Shown piece after piece: positions 62,001-64,000 of a stretch of 64,000 bases of DNA (position 1 is its first letter; every line of letters starts with the position of its first letter). A program made the translations under genes and the position numbers. Source of the stretch: Macrostomum hystrix. Lineage: Eukaryota > Animalia > Platyhelminthes. The notes below the pieces were generated by a model. It saw nothing but the letters and a program-made list of their open reading frames with translations, was not told the DNA's origin and ran no database searches. The stretch covers positions 6,386,001-6,450,000 of the forward strand of contig CATNEN010000011.1 of NCBI GenBank assembly GCA_950097015.1, in the 5' to 3' direction.

Positions 62001-64000
62001 TCTACAAACAGTCTTAAGATAATTTCCAAAACAAGTAGAAGTTTTTATTTTCTGATACGAGCGTATATTTCAAAAATAGTCTCAATTGAGCAACCTTACC
62101 CAGAGGTAAGGTCCGGTCTAAACGGAATCTCCAAGCTCCCAAATGTTATCAGGGGAAATCCCAAATGTTATCGGGGGAAATCCCAAATGTTATCAGGGGG
62201 AATCCAGAATGCTATCAGGGGGAATCCCAAATGTTATCGGGGGAAATCCCGAATGTTATCAGGGGGGATCCCAAATGTTATCAAGGGAATATAAATGTTA
62301 TTAGGGGGAATCCCAAATTTTATCAGAGGAATCCCGAATGTTATCGGGGGATTCTAAATGTTATCAGGGGGAATACCGAATGCTATCAAGGGAATCCCAA
62401 ATGTTATCGGGGGAAATCCAGAATGTTATCAGGGGGAATCCCAAATGTTATCGGGGGAAATCCCGAATGTTATCAGGGGGAATCCCAAATGTTATCAAGG
62501 GAATCCCAAATGTTATTAGGGGGAATCCCAAATTTTATCAGAGGAATCCCGAATGTTATCGGGGGATTCTAAATGTTATCAGGGGGAATACCGAATGTTA
62601 TCAAGGGAATCCCAAATGTTATCGGGGGAAATCCAGAATGTTATCAGGGGGAATCCCAAATGTTATCAAGGGAATCCCAAATGTTATTAGGGGGAATCCC
62701 AAATTTTATCAGAGGAATCCCGAATGTTATCGGGCGGAATCCAAAATGTTATCGGAGGGAATACCAAATGGAATCAGGGGATTCCAGATGTTATCAGTGG
62801 AATCCATAATTATATCAAAGGAAATCCCAAATGGTAATAGGGGGAACCAGAAGTTGCATCAGAAGGAATTTCACGTGATATCAGGGGATTCCCAAATGGT
62901 ATCGGGGAGATTCACAAATGGTATCAGGAGAATCCCAAATGGTGTCAGGAGAATCCCAAATGGTATCGGAGAGAATCCCGAATGTTATCAGGGAAATTCA
63001 CATATGATATCGAGGGGAATCCCAATTTTTGCAGTGGAATCAGAAATATAGTATAACCTTAATCCTGAAAGGAATTCCCCCTGAATGACCTAGTTCCTCG
63101 CACTGCTTACTGTGGGTTGGCAGATCATTCCGTCCATCCAGCAGTCCTAGGAGTGGCGCCAACAATCGCCTAATATCATTGGTGGAGCTATAGGATCCGA
63201 ACTTCACAAGGTACTGCAGCATTCTCAACACCTCAGCCAGAAGAATGTTCAGCGTGTCATTTGAGTCCACCATCACTTTGTTCTGATCTAAGAAGTTTGA
63301 CAGCCAGTTGCTTAGCAAGGGAAAATACTCGTTAGTATTAGCCGTGGGTCCTGAGATCTGAAACTATTTTTTTAATTACGGTTCTTATTTGTTTTAAAAA
63401 AGTGTTTAATTGTTATTGAATTTGGTATTATAATGGTACGAGAGAATCGGTTAATTGTAGTGTAGTGACTTATTAAAACAAATGGAGCCTGTGTTTATGG
63501 CACTGAATATAATAACCAAGACAGGAGATAAGGACGGTCAGAGGGTAAGAGCTGAAAAGGAGGGGGTGAGGTAAGAGAGACGAACAGCTGGCCAATCAGA
63601 GATGAGTAATAAAGGGAAAGAGAAGTGAAGGCTAGCTAAGAAGTTGAACAGATAGAGGCAGAAAGGAGAAAGTACAATAATAGAGCAAGCTAGCGTAAAC
63701 AAACAAAGCGGAGAAGGGGTAAGTTATGACATTTTCCTAAGAATATTCTAATTAAGGTACCTTCTTAACATCCATGTCCTTTGATATTTCGTTATAATCG
63801 AAGACCAGATCGGTTCTATCCAGCACGCTAATATTGTTGTCAATGTCAACAAACATGTTTGTGATGAGTTCGCAGTATTTGGCTCTGAGCTGGCAGGGGA
63901 GGGTGTCGTCTTTCAGGCAGGCGAATGCCTCCTCCCAGGTGAGATAGCCCAGCTGTCTGGTGATCACCGCGATCGATTTTGAGTTGCGGCCCTGCGGTGG
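44087..64000 (-). CDS. ITPR: IP3-receptor/RyR-superfamily intracellular Ca2+ release channel (divergent ITPR-like), 3' 25 exons; gene continues beyond the window
   Basis: Exons >64000-63761, 63357-63111, 61919-61805, 61720-61574, 61429-61234, 60563-60319, 59915-59792, 59085-58914, 58077-57863, 56736-56336, 55945-55852, 55761-55675, 55392-55288, 55034-54905, 54108-53967, 52403-52257, 51622-51368, 50615-49473, 49380-49021, 48226-47994, 46747-46572, 46358-46131, 45590-45471, 44549-44412, 44248-44087, GT-AG and phase-consistent (a few boundaries chosen among alternatives). RIH (LVDLLATCSEGAN), RIH-associated (CDGQNSHLQDYLREQPDN), 6 TM helices, LNIVFGIIVDTFSELR, CFIC...H...EHNPWAY zinc site. Confidence 0.92.
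44718..44935. mobile_element. MITE-like family A, copy 2 (short)
   Basis: ccgacgtcagcattgtcgtgatattc ... gaatatttcgacgat; homologous to 10-520. Confidence 0.5.
44968..45320 (-). mobile_element. SINE family 1, full copy (followed by a SINE2-type tRNA head at ~45330-45420)
   Basis: minus-strand head GGGGTCGGTGGCAGAGTG...AGTTCGATTCC; complete 3' hairpin. Confidence 0.88.
45820..46085. repeat. 23-bp tandem repeat
   Basis: unit aacatagcagggattccccacta. Confidence 0.9.
46845..47505 (-). mobile_element. CORE-like SINE family 2, split by an antiparallel SINE1
   Basis: head GTAGCCTAGTGGT...GGTTCGATTCTCC at ~47500-47440; CORE-like cctttgtcaagg..attgcttcagttctcccagctg; palindrome cagtccatggactg. Confidence 0.7.
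47038..47392 (+). mobile_element. SINE family 1, full copy nested in SINE2
   Basis: A/B boxes, full body and tail. Confidence 0.88.
50790..51325. repeat. 16-bp tandem repeat
   Basis: unit gactactatctactct. Confidence 0.95.
51775..52090. repeat. 20-bp tandem repeat
   Basis: unit aaaaatcctctgatcaacct. Confidence 0.93.
52600..53878. repeat. 20-bp tandem repeat (~64 copies)
   Basis: unit aacattgggattatcaatct. Confidence 0.97.
54170..54392. repeat. 22-bp (11-bp dimer) tandem repeat
   Basis: gcaactgcata-gcaaccgcata; resumes at ~54755-54780 beyond a SINE insertion. Confidence 0.93.
54425..54752 (-). mobile_element. SINE family 1 copy with an internal deletion of the CCTCCTCGCTGG block
   Basis: head GGGGGTCTGTGGCAGAGCGGTT...GCTCGATTC; 3' region jumps from gaatcgcc to taaatgatg. 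Confidence 0.85.
55420..55610 (-). mobile_element. SINE family 1, internal fragment
   Basis: homology to the SINE1 body and B box. Confidence 0.8.
56020..56270. repeat. Degenerate 30-bp tandem repeat
   Basis: unit aaacaaccaaaggatcaaatgaaggtcatg. Confidence 0.8.
56866..57190. mobile_element. MITE-like family A, copy 3
   Basis: atcgtcgagatattc..gatccttggtgacaa on the left; gagaatctttgaatatttcgacgatgccgatgtcttgtgatcccggaagttg on the right. Confidence 0.45.
57537..57677. mobile_element. 141-bp inverted-repeat element with a central GCTCGCTTCGCTCGC motif
   Basis: atagtggctgctcaatttgcagtctatggttaaaaagtc versus gactttctaaccacagaatgccaattaagcagccactat. Confidence 0.55.
58165..58790 (-). mobile_element. 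CORE-like SINE family 2, split by an antiparallel SINE1
   Basis: CORE-like gtcctttagcaaggcacttagctctgcattgctccagttcacccagctg (minus); head GGTTCGATTCTC at ~58745; short duplication acacag flanks the insertion. Confidence 0.7.
58374..58714 (+). mobile_element. SINE family 1 nested in SINE2 (B box deleted)
   Basis: homology to other copies; complete 3' end. Confidence 0.85.
59122..59726. repeat. 48-bp G-rich tandem repeat (~12 copies) with a palindromic core
   Basis: unit ggggaggtcaatgggggtcagctgactcctcctcgaaccagaaacttt; terminal perfect palindrome ggggtcagctgacccc. Confidence 0.95.
60630..61220. repeat. Bipartite 20-bp tandem array
   Basis: gtgtcacctgttagacagga (60630-60850) changes to gggattcaatctgttagaca (60870-61220). 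Confidence 0.92.
62145..63025. repeat. ~22-bp tandem repeat with higher-order blocks
   Basis: unit gggggaatcccaaatgttatca; block attagggggaatcccaaattttatcagagg recurs near 62300, 62515 and 62686. Confidence 0.9.

Noticed and set aside
11630-63025. CRISPR-like appearance of the 20-50 bp repeat arrays
   Set aside because: Units are head-to-tail with no unique spacers, there are no cas genes, and the context is eukaryotic introns

Overview
Eukaryotic (invertebrate) genomic DNA. It has GT-AG introns, GC-rich exons, AT-rich spacers, and many introns filled by a private 11-50 bp minisatellite. The style suggests a free-living flatworm such as Macrostomum, but that is inference only. Gene models were assembled by hand, with reading-frame phase checked at the junctions. 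Minus-strand genes: cathepsin O-like protease (3' exons not found, probably left of the window), WRAP53/TCAB1 (with a coding minisatellite and poly-Ala), a four-Tudor-domain protein, an intronless HIG1-domain gene, a small basic K/R-rich protein, and the 3' 25 exons of a very large IP3-receptor-like Ca2+ channel whose pore lacks the canonical GGGVGD filter. Plus-strand genes: intronless CPEB1-like, Rab24 and an orphan 332-aa ORF. Mobile DNA: two tRNA-headed SINE families (family 1 repeatedly nested inside a CORE-like family 2, and carrying ribozyme-like motifs), a full-length dead mariner, a Mutator-type MITE with a 9-bp TSD, a Merlin-like deletion derivative and other IR-bounded elements. There is no CRISPR array, rRNA or intact tRNA. 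The most notable points are the divergent channel pore, the SINE1 motifs and nesting, and 3' splice acceptors just upstream of most start codons (possible trans-splicing or operon).
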